From NCBI RefSeq assembly GCF_028641065.1, contig NC_073406.1, positions 124,001 to 188,000 on the forward strand: a DNA stretch of 64,000 nt, in the 5' to 3' direction. Under the pieces are notes generated by a model that was given only the letters and a program-made list of their open reading frames with translations, was not told the DNA's origin and did not search any database. A program made the position numbers and the translations under genes. Origin of the DNA: Leucoraja erinacea. Taxonomy: Eukaryota. Below are positions 50,275 through 62,180 of the stretch, in pieces; the first letter of the stretch is position 1, and each line of letters begins with the position of its first letter.

Positions 50275-52903
50275 CTAGTTTTTAGACGTCATATCCACAA
50301 GGTAAGAATTAATGAATGGTAAAAGTTTCCAGTTATCAGTGACTATATCAACCTTCACAATATCATCTATTTGCTCTAGTTGGAACAAAACATTGATGCA
50401 CGGGGGCAGGAACAGAAAAACCTTGTAGGACTCTGGCTGTGAATGTTGGGAGACCACATACTTTTGAAAGTGCAAGCGTATCAGTTCGCAAAGAGGCCCT
50501 TGGGCCGTCTTGAAGCAGAAACGACTGAGAATGGACTGGCTGGATCCGTTTTGGATCAGTGATGTCCACAGCTTGGTGAAGAGGCTAACCTTAACTTCTG
50601 GAGGCCAGCTGAGAGGCACAGGAAGGGGCAGGAACAGCCTCGGGAACCCAACATCAACAGGCTGGATCTGACTGCAATAAGTGTCGCCGTCCTCTGTGGT
50701 AAAAATGGCGCTCGTATGCAAGGTGAAAGGGAACGGTGACCGTGGCTTGAACACCAGAGAGAAAGCATGGGGCTTTTTGTTGAAGAGGAGACAGGGTACG
50801 AGGAGATCACTCAACGGCTCATAGTGAGAGCTCTGCAAGTCAAAGTGGAGAAGTATGGTAAAGATTTTGTGAAAATGTGGATCAACTTTCTCCACAAAAC
50901 CCAAATGAAATGTCAAGGTAATTGTAGAAGCAAATCCAGGATCACAAAACTGACCCAAGTATTTTTCCAAGTAATCTTCCCCGATGTCCTGTTCACTGGC
51001 TTCTCCTGCAGGACTGACTGTTGGACAGGCATTTTCTGGAATTGGAATAAGTTGGAGTATTGGATATTTGACTGGAAGAACGGAGACAGAGGAGCCGGCA
51101 CTCTCCGACATGAGAGAAAGGGAACGGATCTTGGTGCAACTGCAGTTGCCCGAGCCCTCTGCCACAATCCCTGCCAGCTTGTCAGTGGAGAGACACGTGA
51201 GCAGCGCATAATAGAAGTGAGCGTGATCTTGAATGTCAATGTCTTGGAACCAGAGGTGAAGGTGCTGCAAGAGATCAGCAAGATCCTTGAAGATGGGCTC
51301 CAAGTTCTGGCAGTGCAATATGTTTCTGCACACAGACAGGACGGCATTACCCATTTGCCACTCACCCATCCCACACACGTTGCAAGACCGGATGACAATC
51401 AGCAGGAACTGAACGGTTGCCTTTCTGTGGGATGCTGCCTTCTTTGGCCACTCTCGCCAGGACTTTAAGATGCCACATGAGATTAGGAGGCAATTGCTGT
51501 AATGGCAGTGCCACGATCAGCTTCTGCAGGGCCCCTGCTAGCGAAACGGGCCATTTACAATCTTCCAGCAGGTTTTGGGTGCTGCTTATAAGGTTGATCA
51601 TATGTGGAGCTAAGCTGCAATGCTTGTCATACAATTGGACCATACGGTTGGTCAACTCTGCCATATACTCCTCATTGGTATAGAAGTGACTCACAAATAT
51701 GTAAACCGCTTGGAAAAAGGTTACTATCCTGTCCCTGCTTCCACTGATGTCTACCAGTTTGTATAAAGACATCAGGTAATCAAAGATCTCAGCGATGCCT
51801 CTTTCATCCACCCCATTCTCCAGGCACACAAGACTCAGTAGGTTGAGACGGCCCAGCATCGTACTGCTGTCATTAAACAGGGTGGGGAATAGGCAATTTG
51901 CCATCCTCGAGGTGAACAGAACGGGAAGATTCTCTTGCAGGTTAGAGCTAAGGGGGCGGTTTTCAGGGAAGTGAAGCAGACAGTCCATGTAGAAGAGTTT
52001 GATAGGAACACCGAGCAGTGGGTGCTGGGCCATGCCAACTAGACGTTTCAAAAGGAGGTTCTCATCCTCAACAGTGAATAGACTGTCGGTGAAGGTTGCC
52101 TTCATGTAGAGCATGGTGTGGAGCAAGGACACGTCCATCGTCCCAAACAGACGCAATATCTGCGACCTGAACATCGCTGGAGAAAGTGAGTGCACCATCA
52201 GAACGACCTGGGCCAACTCCCGAAGCAAAACAGCTTGAGAAGCTGGAGTTAAGAGGAAGGACTCCTCCAGCAGTAATGATACACAAGACTTCAGCTCCTT
52301 TGTTTCATCAGCAGAAGGAAACAATGACAAATTAGTTGTTACTGTGACAGCTGCCAGCTCCTGCTGCTTCTCCCTCCCCTTCCATTTGATGTCTTCATTC
52401 CGTTCCAACATCTCCCGGATGGTGCCCCCACTAGCATTATGCACCTGTGCAACTGTGTGAATTGCATTTTTCAACACCTGGCTGTACAGGAGTGTGTAGG
52501 CCTGGTGCAGAGGAGTCACCTCCCTTCTCTGGAGGCTAGATAGAAGCTCCAATTTCCCTGACAGGAGACCTGGATAGCAAGTTTCAAATTCCCGGAGGCA
52601 GTCGCACACCACAGCCCTGAGAGGCCGGAAAGTCACGCCGTTTCTGTGATCGTTTGAATCGCACGCCACATCGAGCAGCTGCTTCATCAAGTTCTTCAGT
52701 GTCTGCTCATCACTCAGCAGATCATCAGTGGCAATTACTATGGTGGTCACTGAGAGCAGCAGATGGCATTTCAACTTCAGTGTCTTGGGCGTCAATGGCA
52801 ACCGCAAATAGAGGTTGAAGACAGACTCCACTGCCCTTCCTGCTGACTGCGAGCTGACCAACAACAAAGTTGGAAACTCCTGAAGAATGACGAGGATCTG
52901 CAC
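50275..52903 (-). CDS. AP5B1: AP-5 complex subunit beta-1, large second coding exon (1-nt frameshift near 51422 as assembled)
   Basis: tttcag|VQILVILQEFPTLL...LRAVVCDCLREFETCYPGLL...AQHPLL...LLHFPENRPL...GEWQMGNAVLSVCRNIL...DIDIQDHAHFYYALL...KVDIVTDNWKLLPFINSYL. ORFs 51362-52918 and 50275-51378 join if one base is removed (2629 = 3x876+1). Confidence 0.9.
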
Positions 52904-53986
52904 CTGAAATGCAAACACACACAGCTATGTTTCAATGCATACGTTTGAATGCAGGTACAGCAAATCATTAGTCTAATGAAATGTTGAGCTCTAATGCAAG
53001 TTTCAGTGCTGTCTTACAGGGTACTGATGACACCTCACGTGGAGTACTTTGTGCACATTTGGTCCCATATAGGGTCACACAGCATGGAAACTGGCCCTTC
53101 AGCCCAACTTGCCCATGCTGACCCACAGGGCCCATCTACGCTTGACCTACCTGCCTCCATTTGGACAGGTGCATGGGTGGATGTATATTCATGCATTGGA
53201 AGCAGTGCACAGAAAGCTCACTAGGTTTAATTCCTGGAAATAATTGATTGTTGCATTAAAGTTGAGCAAGTTAGGCCAAAGCTCGCTAAAGTATTGTGGA
53301 ATTATAGGAGACTTGGCAGGATGGATCCTGAGATGATTTTCCTCATCTGGGTGTATCTACAACTAAGAGGCACATATTCAAAAAAAGGAATTCAAGGGGA
53401 GATGAGGATGAATTTTCCTCTCAGGAGATCGTGAATCTCTGGAACTTTCTACTTTAGAGAGCTAAGGGATTAATGTAAAAGGTTCAAAGGGCTGAATGTA
53501 TCTGTTTGTGGTCCATGTATTCAGATGTTCTGCTAACCTTCAGTGAAAATATCTAAACTTTATTATACCTGGGATGATTGACTTATGAAGAAATGTCTTA
53601 TTTTATGAAAAAGGTTATCAATAATAATCTCACACTAACTTTGTGCATAATTTATACAACCAATGAGGCTCTGGATTTAATCCCTGACCACTGCTTAATT
53701 AACTAGTTATTAGAAAGGGGATGGAGCAGAGCTAATTTTCCCTTCCCCCAAACTTTGTCCAGCTGCAGTTTGAACAAGTAGAGCAAGTGTGAACATCAGA
53801 TGCTGTCTCAGCCTGCCAAATTTAAATCTAACTTGTCGAGTAGGGGTTACTAAGTCACTTAGGTGGTATATCAGTCAATCTATAATGATAGCATTTTAAG
53901 ACTAGACGAAAGGCATTAGTAAGTACTATATATTGGTCATCGATATGTATTTGATTCAAGAGTTTTAGGAAAGAGCTGTCTGGCAC

Positions 53987-54136
53987 CTTGATATTTTCAC
54001 CCATCTTCTCATCGGTAAGGACTCTCAGCAAATCATGCACAAAGTTCTCAGCTGTTGTACTTGCAAGAAAGTGCGATGGATTGGCATGGAATGCTGCTAC
54101 CTTTTGGGTCCATTCGTGATTAGACGACACTGCCAT
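53987..54136 (-). CDS. AP5B1: AP-5 complex subunit beta-1, first coding exon
   Basis: gccATGg; MAVSSNHEWTQKVAAFHANPSHFLASTTAENFVHDLLRVLTDEKMGENIK|gtgcc; 150 bp, phase 0. Acceptor cag lies 12 nt upstream of the ATG (exon starts about 54148). Confidence 0.88.
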
Positions 54137-54403
54137 GGCACTGAATTACTGCGAGAGAGGAAATTACAGATGAACACAGTTATAATTCTCCTTCTCAAAG
54201 TACAGAACCCCCCACCACCACCACCCTCGCCTCCCTAATATTGGATCTTCATTAGTTAACAATGGAGTTATTTCACATCCATTGCCACCTGGGAAAGAAG
54301 GGGTAGTTGGTCTAGACAGTTTGTGAAGCCATCTCATAAGCTATCAATCTACCTGATAGTGCCAAAGTGCCTGATGCTGCCACAAGATATGATTGGGGAA
54401 ATG

Positions 54404-54592
54404 GAGACACAAGCAATTGCAAATGCTAGAATCTTGAGCCTGTTTCCACGCTGTGTCTCTAAACTAAACAAAAACAAAGCGCTGGTGGAACTCAGCGGGT
54501 CAGGCAGTACCTCTGGTGGGAATGGACAAGCAAAGTCACCTGTCCATTCTCTCCAAAGACGCTGCCTGACCTGCTGAGTCTCTCCAGCACTT
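54404..54592. mobile_element. Inverted pair of the Penelope-derived short repeat with perfect 16-bp TSD
   Basis: tatgattggggaaatg at 54388-54403 and 54593-54608. Confidence 0.78.
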
Positions 54593-54769
54593 TATGATTG
54601 GGGAAATGTCTATCACTCATTCTCAGCAGAGTGTAATGGAATAATGTTCACTCCACAGTCACGAGTTAGCAGCATAGCCCAAGGACAACTAATTTTAAGT
54701 ACACAAGAAATAATAGGAATAGGCTGTTTTATCCCACTGTCTACTCCATTATTCAAGAGGTATGGGAGT

Positions 54770-55660
54770 CAGTGAGGGCGCTGCGAGATGGCTGCCTTGC
54801 CAGTAGCGTGTTAGTCAATTCTACTTTTTTTGTTTCTTTTAGTATGTCCAAATGTTTGTTTTAATGTCGCTTGGTGTGTCTTGTGTGGGGGGTGGTGAGG
54901 GGGGGGAAGGGGGGGAACCGCTTTCGGTCGCCTCCTTCACGGAGAGGCGACTTTTTCCATGTCGCCTCCCTCGTGCCTAACACCAAGGATTGGTGCGGCC
55001 TTTCCCAGAGTCGGGCCTGGAGCTTCAGCAGTGGGCGCAGCGTGAACTTTTCATAGCGGAGTGGGTGAGCCCGTGCCGGGGATCGCCAGAAGGGAGTGCT
55101 CCGATCGCTGGCCCACGGCAGCCTGAAGCCGCGGTCCGCGGAGATTCTAGCTGGCGCGGCGTCCGGTGCCTGGGATACCTCGTTTAGGAACCTGGAGCAG
55201 AAGAGCTCCGACTGCCGGCCCGCGGCCTACATCATCTAGAAGCCACGGACCGTGGTGTTTCTAACCACGGGCGCAGCGGGGACTTACTTACTTACCATCC
55301 GGAGCGGGATCCCTCGCCGGGAATTCCTGGAGAAGAGCTCCGACCGCCGGCCTGCGGCCTACACCATCTTCAAGCCGGGGTCTCCCGTAGGGAAGCACCG
55401 ATTCGGGACTTACCTTGCCTGTACATCTGGCCGCCCGCAGCGGCGACTATGGAGGTTTATGGTCCAGACCATGGGGAAAAATGGAGAAGGACTGACAGAA
55501 CTTTGTGCCTTCCACCATAGTGATGAATGCTGTGGTGGATGTTTTGTGGTAAATGTTTTATTGTATATTGTGTGTTTTGTTTTTTTTAATTGTACCACTG
55601 CAGGCAAGTTCATTTCACTGCACTTCATTGAGTATGTAATGAATAAATCTGACTAATGAC
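54770..55660 (+). mobile_element. GC-rich non-coding retroposon-like element with a Rex/Babar-like 3' tail
   Basis: Shares 5' and 3' blocks with 8060-8958 and has internal direct repeats. Ends catttcactgcac..aataaatctgactaatgact. Confidence 0.6.
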
Positions 55661-57204
55661 TGCAACATTGTCTGCCCATTTCTCTTCACAGATACTGCCC
55701 AACTCGCTGAGTTCATCCAGCAGTTTGTCTTTTGCTCAAAGATTCCAGTATCTGCAGTCTCTTATGTATTGATTTAGGACTTACTTTTCAAAGAGTAAAG
55801 CAGCTCATCACTGCAAAATTAAAACATTACGAGGCAAACTGACAATGAATTGAGGCGGTGGGAAAGGGGTTAAAAAAAACAGCACAATGAAAGGATGTAG
55901 TTTGGTCAGGATGTGATTGTTGGTATGCACACAAGCAATTTGTCGTTGAAAATAATTTATCATTCTTCAGAGGAACTATAATAATTGGGCACTGGACTGA
56001 ACTATGAGTGATCAAATACATTTACAAGTGGTTTAAGAGTGATGATTATATTTTCTCTAAGAATTGGCATTGGTTTGGATCCAAAAATACACACAGTCCA
56101 GTTCCAATTGTGCAGGACTTAGAGCTTCATATGAATGTTGCCAAAAGGGAACTTCTGAAAAAAATCACAAAACTATAAAGGCAAGAAATCTGAAATAAAA
56201 CTAGAAAATACAGGAAACAGTCAGCAGGCCGGGTGGGATCTGTGGAGAGAACCAGAATGAATGTTTCAGGTCGAAGCCCATTCGTCACAATGATCTTTCA
56301 CCTGAAGTATTAGAAACTAAAAGGATGGCTTTGGAATGGTTCTGACAGAAGGCCATTGAGCTGAAATGTTAATCCTATTTCTCTTTCCCCTGATATTCCC
56401 CAGACTGCTGGCTGTTTCCAGCATTTTCAGTTTGTCTTTCCAGAGCCACTAAGAGTTTTCAGGTTTTGTTTAAAATGTCTGCAAATAAAAGGTGCAAGAA
56501 CAAAACGGTTTGTAATATACACCGCATACAAGACCATACCTAAACTGTAGGCTAAATATCTAAAATTCAGATTTGTGTTGCAGATAAGACAGACAGAATT
56601 GAGAAAAAATTATAGTTACTGTTATTAATTGAAGTAATTGGCAGTCAGTTGGTTTTTGATAGCTTGTCCAACAGGCTCAGTCCTATGATCACCCTGTGGG
56701 GCCAAACCATCGTTTGACATTCACACTGCTGTCCTGGAGGGGATGCAAGGAAGGAAAGCTCAGAACATATAAACATCTTTTAAAACTCTTCCATTATTTT
56801 ATTACATTATGCATGTGGAATATTTTAGCTTGGTTACTTTTTTAATTCAATGCTCATTCCTCTGTGCACTTTGGTTTAGTGCACGAATCCAGCATTATGG
56901 AGAGTCTGTGGCAACAACAGGGAGGACTACAGTTTGCTATCAATGGAGGGATATCGGAGACCATACAAGTTGGAGTGGGCTACTTCTGTCCTTGCACTGA
57001 GTAATCTTCAATATTATATGTAGAAAGGAACTACAGATACTGGTTTATACTGAAGATAGACAAAAAGCGCGGGAGTCACCCATTGGGTGACAGAGCCTCG
57101 CAGGTCAAGTCAGCGGTCGATGAGGGCGCCAGCAGTCGAGAACATGCCACATGGGAGCCGGAGAACTCACCGCCAGGAACAAAGGAATACGCGAGGGTAC
57201 CACT

Positions 57205-57253
<49 letters not shown>

Positions 57254-57499
57254 AAAAACAAAAGAGGACCTGCCGCGGGATACATTACCAGTGCCCTTTA
57301 TGTGGCAACTATTTGTATACTGTGTGTTTGTGAGCAAAGAATTTCACTGTGACTTGTCATTCATCTCTAAACCCACCCTTTTTCTCCAGGGACGCTGCCT
57401 GACCATCTGTGTTACTCCAGCAATTTGTGTCTATCTTACATGTGCAATATTACATGTTCGGTAATGCTTTAGCTGCAAGTAATTTAGCTATGTACATCG

Positions 57500-58360
57500 C
57501 TTTCTTCACTGCCTGCTGCACCTGCATGCTTACTTTCATAGACTGATGTACAAGGACCCCCCAGATCCCATTGTACTTCCCCTTTTCCCAACTTGACGCC
57601 ATTTAGATAGCAATCTGCCTTGCTGTTTTTGCTACCAAAGTGGATAACCTCACATTTATCCGCATTAAATTTCATCTGCCATGCATCTGCCCACTCTCCC
57701 AACCTGTCCAAGTCACCCTGCATTCTCATAGCATCCTCCTCACAGTTCACACTGCCACCCAGCTTTGTGTCATCTGCAAATTTGCTAATGTTACTTTGAA
57801 TCCCTTCATCCAAATCATTGATGTATATTGTAAATAGCTGCGGTCCCAGCACCGAGCCTTGCGGTACCCCACTAGTCACTGCCTGCCATGAAAGGGGCCC
57901 GTTAATCCCTACTCTTTGTTTCCTGTCTGCCAACCACTTCATGTCACTCTACCCCTTATACCATGTGCCCTAATTTTGCCCACTAATCTCCTATGTGGGA
58001 CCTTATCAAATGCTTTCTGAAAGTCCAGGTACACTACATCCATTGGCTCTCGCTTGTCCATTTTCCTTGTTACATCTTCAAAAAATTCCAGAAGATTAGT
58101 CAAGCATGATTTCCCCTTCGTAAATCCATGCTGACTCGGACTGATCCTGTTACTGCTATCCAAATGTTCGGCTATGTCATCTTTTATAATTGACTCCAGC
58201 ATCTTCATCACCACCAGTCAGGCTAACGTCTATAATTCCCTGTTTTCTCTCACCTGCCTTTCTTAAAAAGTGGGATAACAATAGCTATACTCCAATCCAC
58301 AGGAACTGATCCTGAGTCTATAGAATTTTGGAAAATTATCACCAATGCATCCACGATTTC
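57500..58360 (-). mobile_element. CR1-type LINE RT fragment
   Basis: SQHGFTKGKSCLTNLLEFF..YLDFQKAFDKVPH and VTSGVPQGSVLGPQLFTIYINDL..KFADDTK, with frameshifts. Confidence 0.9.
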
Positions 58361-58779
58361 AACTGTTTGTGTGTGATCAATATCTCTCTACTGCTTGCCC
58401 TTCCATGTGCCTATCACACCACTATTGTATCTGTCTCCACCACCACCTGAGCAATGCTTTCCCTCACATCTCCATTAAACTTTAGCCCTCTCACATCATA
58501 GCTTTGCCCACAAGTGTTGGATCACTCCGAGAAAAAGGTTCTGTTCACACAATTATGTCTCTCTTAATTGTATACAGTTCTATCAAGCCTCCCTTCAACA
58601 GCCGACATTCCAGAGAAAACAATCGAAGTTTATCCAACCTCTCCCTGGAGTTGAAGCCCTCTAATCCAGACAGCCCTCTGGTGAACCTGCATCACACCGG
58701 CGCCAACGCCTCCGCACCCTTCCTCAATGCGATGCAGGTTGCTCCAGGACCCGGGCTGGAGCTCGCTGCCCCGGGCAGG

Positions 58780-59838
58780 GCTTGGGGGTCTGGGGTTTGG
58801 GGCTGGGGGCTGGGGACTGGGGTTGGGGGCTGGGGGATGGGAGCTGGGGCTGGGGACTGGGGTTGGGGGCTGGGGTCTGGGGTTTGGGGCTGGGGGATGG
58901 GAGCTGGGGGCTGGGGACTGGGGTTGGGGACTGGGGTTGGGGGCTGGGGCTGGGGGATGGGAGCTGGGGGCTGGGTTTGGGACTGGGGTTGGGGCTGGGG
59001 CTGGGGGATGGGGCTGGGGCTTGGAGCTGGGGTTTGGGGTTGGGGACTGGGGGTCTGGGGTTTGGGGCTGGGGGATGGGAGCTGGGGGCTGGGGACTGGG
59101 GTTGGGGGCTGGGGGATGGGAGCTGGGGGCTGGGGGCTGGGGGTTGGGGGCTGGGGCTGGGGGGATGGGGCTTGGGGCTTGGAGCTGGGGTTTGGGGTTG
59201 GGGACTGGGGGGTCTGGGGTTGGGGCTGGGGGATGGGAGCTGGGGGCTGGGGACTGGGGTTGGGGGCTGGGGCTGGGGGCTGGGCTGGGGGATGGGGCTT
59301 GGAGCTGGGAGCTGGGTTTGGGGCTGGGGTTTGGGGTTTAGGGCTGGGGCTGGGGGATGGGGCTTGGAGCTGGGGACTGGGGGCTGGGGTTGGGGGGGGC
59401 TGGGGTTGGGGGATGGGACAGAGCTGGGGACTGGGGGCTGGGGTTTGGGTACTGGGGGCTGGGGTTTGGGGGATGGGAGCTGGGGACTGGGTTTGGGGCT
59501 TGGAGCTTGGGTTTAGGGCTGGGTTTTGGGTTCTGGGGCTGGGATGGGAGCTGGGGACTGGGGTTTTGGGGTTGGGGGCTTGGAGCTGGGGTTTGGGGAT
59601 GGGGGTTGGGGATGGGGCGAGGGGGTTTGGGGCTTGGAGCTGGGGTTTAGGGCTGGGGTTTGGGTTCTGGGGCTGGGGGATGGAGCTGGGGACTGGGTTT
59701 GGGGGTTGGGGTTGGGGTTTGGGGATGGGGCTTGGAGCTGGGGTTGGGGGTTGGGGGATGGGGCTGAGGTTTGGGGGTGGGGTTTGGGGATGGGGGGATG
59801 GGGGCTGGGAGCTGGGGTTTGGGGATGGGGTTGGGGGC
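58780..59838. repeat. G-rich (TGGGGS)n satellite in AP5B1 intron 1
   Basis: About 1.05 kb of GGGG/GGGGG runs separated by 1-4 nt linkers (ct, tt, at, act, agct). Confidence 0.97.
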
Positions 59839-59879
59839 TACTGCTACTACTTTCACCCCCCGGCCCGGCCTGGGCCTTC

Positions 59880-60110
59880 CCCTTCCCCTCACCTGGAAAC
59901 GCCGCTTCGAGAGCCACGTGATGCGCAGCGGTCACGTGACACGAAGGGAGCGAACACGTGACGTCATTGCGGGGCAGGTTTCGTCCGCAGTGTGTGGCGC
60001 GACGCCATCTTTAGTGTGGGCAGTGCGCCGCTCGAGTCGCCTGAGCCGCCCCTTGGTGCGGTGACGGACCCGGCGCCATCTTTAGTATGGGCAGAGGGCC
60101 CTCACCGAGT
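59880..60110 (-). promoter_or_regulatory. AP5B1: CpG-rich promoter and non-coding first exon of AP5B1
   Basis: Minus-strand donor CCAG|gtgagg at 59893/59892. CACGTG at 59915 and 59955, GTCACGTGAC at 59931-59940, TGACGTCA at 59959-59966, and two YY1-type CGCCATCTT motifs (about 60003 and 60074). Confidence 0.7.
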
Positions 60111-60994
60111 GAGCCGTTTGGTGTGGTGAGGACATGGCAGAGAACACACAGGTTTTTCTTGATGCTCACTATATCTTTAAAGTACTTGTACCTTAATGTA
60201 ATAACATTCTAGTACGTTTTTCTAGTACGTAATGCAGAAACAGGCTCTTCGGCCCGCCATGTCCATTCGAACTATCAGTTATTCATCTATACCAATCCCA
60301 TTAACAAACAATGGTTCAATGCTAGTTTATTATCCCATGTACGTAGGCACAGTGGTCTATTCCCTTCTTGCCTTCACAGTTCATGTGCCTGTGAAGATAC
60401 TTACTTCACTGTTGTGAGGGGATCTACTTCACTACCCACACAAGCAATTGGTTCCAGATTCCAACCACATTCTGTGTGAACAAATGATTCCTCAGATCCC
60501 CTAAACCTCTTCATGCTAATCCTAAACCCAAGTCCTTTACTTTTTGACATCTCTGCTATGCGATTTCTGCTATCTATCGTATTTCCCTCATAATTTGGCA
60601 TATTTCATTCGTCAGTCTTTTATGCTCCATGAAAAAAACAGTTTAACCATTTTCTCTTCATAAGTGAAATGCTTAGGCGTTTCCAACACTGTCTTCCAAT
60701 TCAGGAACATTACCGGCCATAGAAAATACCTACATTCTATCCACGGAGGATATGAACGATTCACATGTCCCAGGCTGCCTATCAATGTAACTTTTTTCTT
60801 CAACTGCATCTTCATTCAATGCGTGATGAAAGTTTCACAGTAAAAGTGTGTGCACTCCAGCTCTCTGCAGGTTTGCATTGTCTTACTTGCTTTTTGGGGG
60901 GGGGGGGGGGGAAGGAAAGAATTGTCAAAACTCTGCAGCTTGGTTTTTGCTCCAGATTCCAGCAGCACCTGGAGTTTGATGTAGCACCTAGAGT

Positions 60995-61290
60995 TTAGAA
61001 ACATAGAAAATAGGTGCAGGAGTAGGCCATTCAGCCCTTCGAGCCTGCACCGCCATTCAATATGATCGTGGCTGATCGTCCAACTCAGTATCCTGTTCCT
61101 GCCTTCTCTCCATACCCCCCGATCCCTTTAGCCACAAGGGCCACATCTAACTCCCTCTTAAATATAGCCAATGAACTGGCCTCAACTACCTTCTGCGGCA
61201 GAGAATTCCAGAGATTCACCACTCTCTGTGTGAAAAAAGTTTTCCTCATCTCGGTCCTAAACGATTTCCCCCTTATCCTTAAACTATGAC
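60995..61290 (-). mobile_element. CR1 3' tail
   Basis: Near-identical to 43186-43479. Confidence 0.85.
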
Positions 61291-61599
61291 AGTTTGTTGG
61301 AGAAACTGAGCGGGTGAGGCAGCATCTATGGAGCGAAGGAAATAGGCGATGTTTCGGGTCGAGAAGCTTCTATCTCTTTTAGTTGCAAACTACTTTGCAA
61401 ACATCCTGTGAAAAGCACTAAATGAATGCAAACTTCTCATTTTCTGCCATAAATTAAACTTCGATTAATTTAAAAGTTTAAACATTCAATTTTCTTCTGA
61501 TCAGAGATGGCTCAAATGAAATAATTAAAAATTAGGATGTATCACCAGTGATGGTGGAAGACCAAAGGTTCAGTGAATTTGAATAGTTCAGTGAATAGC

Positions 61600-62180
61600 T
61601 GACAAGACTCTGATCAGACCCAAACTTGAATATTGCTCCGTGGTCTGGGATTCACAACACAAAGCAGATGAGGACAAGTTAGAAAGAATTCAAAATAGAG
61701 CTGCAAGGTTTACCGTTCGTGATTACAGCCGGGAGTCCACTATCACTAAAATCCTTGCTGATCCAGAGTGGGAAACTCATCAAGACCATCGGACCAAATT
61801 ACACCTGACGACCATCTATAAAGAAAATGCATGGGTTTATTCCAAGCAACATCAAGAGTCATATTCAATCTACAAATTCATCCAGTCAACCAAAGACCAT
61901 GCAATCGGGGGTTTTCAAATACAACATCATCCCAACAAATGAAGACTGTTATAGGTATTCACTGTACCCAAAGACAATTTGCCAATGGAAACATCTCCAC
62001 CATGACATTCGCACCGCACCTGACATCAAGACCTTCAAGACCAAGTTGGAAACAATCAAAATTAAGATGTTGACTTCGAAGGCCCACTTTAAAATTTAAT
62101 TATGTCTTTGCACATGACCCTCCTAATATGTGTGACAACCAGTGATGGTGATTATATGTCAAGATACAGATACAGATATT
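61600..62180 (+). mobile_element. L2/Crack-like LINE 3' fragment
   Basis: RPKLEYCSVVWD..KLERIQNRAARF..YRYSLYPKTICQW, with a (gataca)n tail. A related C-terminus (YSNSFFPRTIKAWNNL) lies at about 10275-10560. Clade assignment is tentative. Confidence 0.65.

Noticed and set aside
50767-51468. 233-aa plus-strand ORF (also 3051-3578 and 13675-14160)
   Set aside because: Antisense shadows of the AP5B1, Penelope and P3H1 coding sequences, with no recognisable motifs.
50275-52918. AP5B1 as two separate genes, a pseudogene or a programmed frameshift
   Set aside because: A single base removal restores one continuous protein with no other decay, and there is no canonical slippery heptamer at the site.
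57204-57252. Long pure G or C runs (also about 5652-5689, 37011-37031 and 44761-44785) giving poly-Gly/Pro ORFs
   Set aside because: Homopolymer tracts within repeats, whose lengths are unreliable in assemblies.
58504-59961. 485-aa Gly/Trp-rich ORF resembling a keratin-associated or egg-case protein
   Set aside because: It is a translation of a (TGGGGS)n satellite that is open in several frames, with an N-terminus derived from an antisense CR1 remnant.
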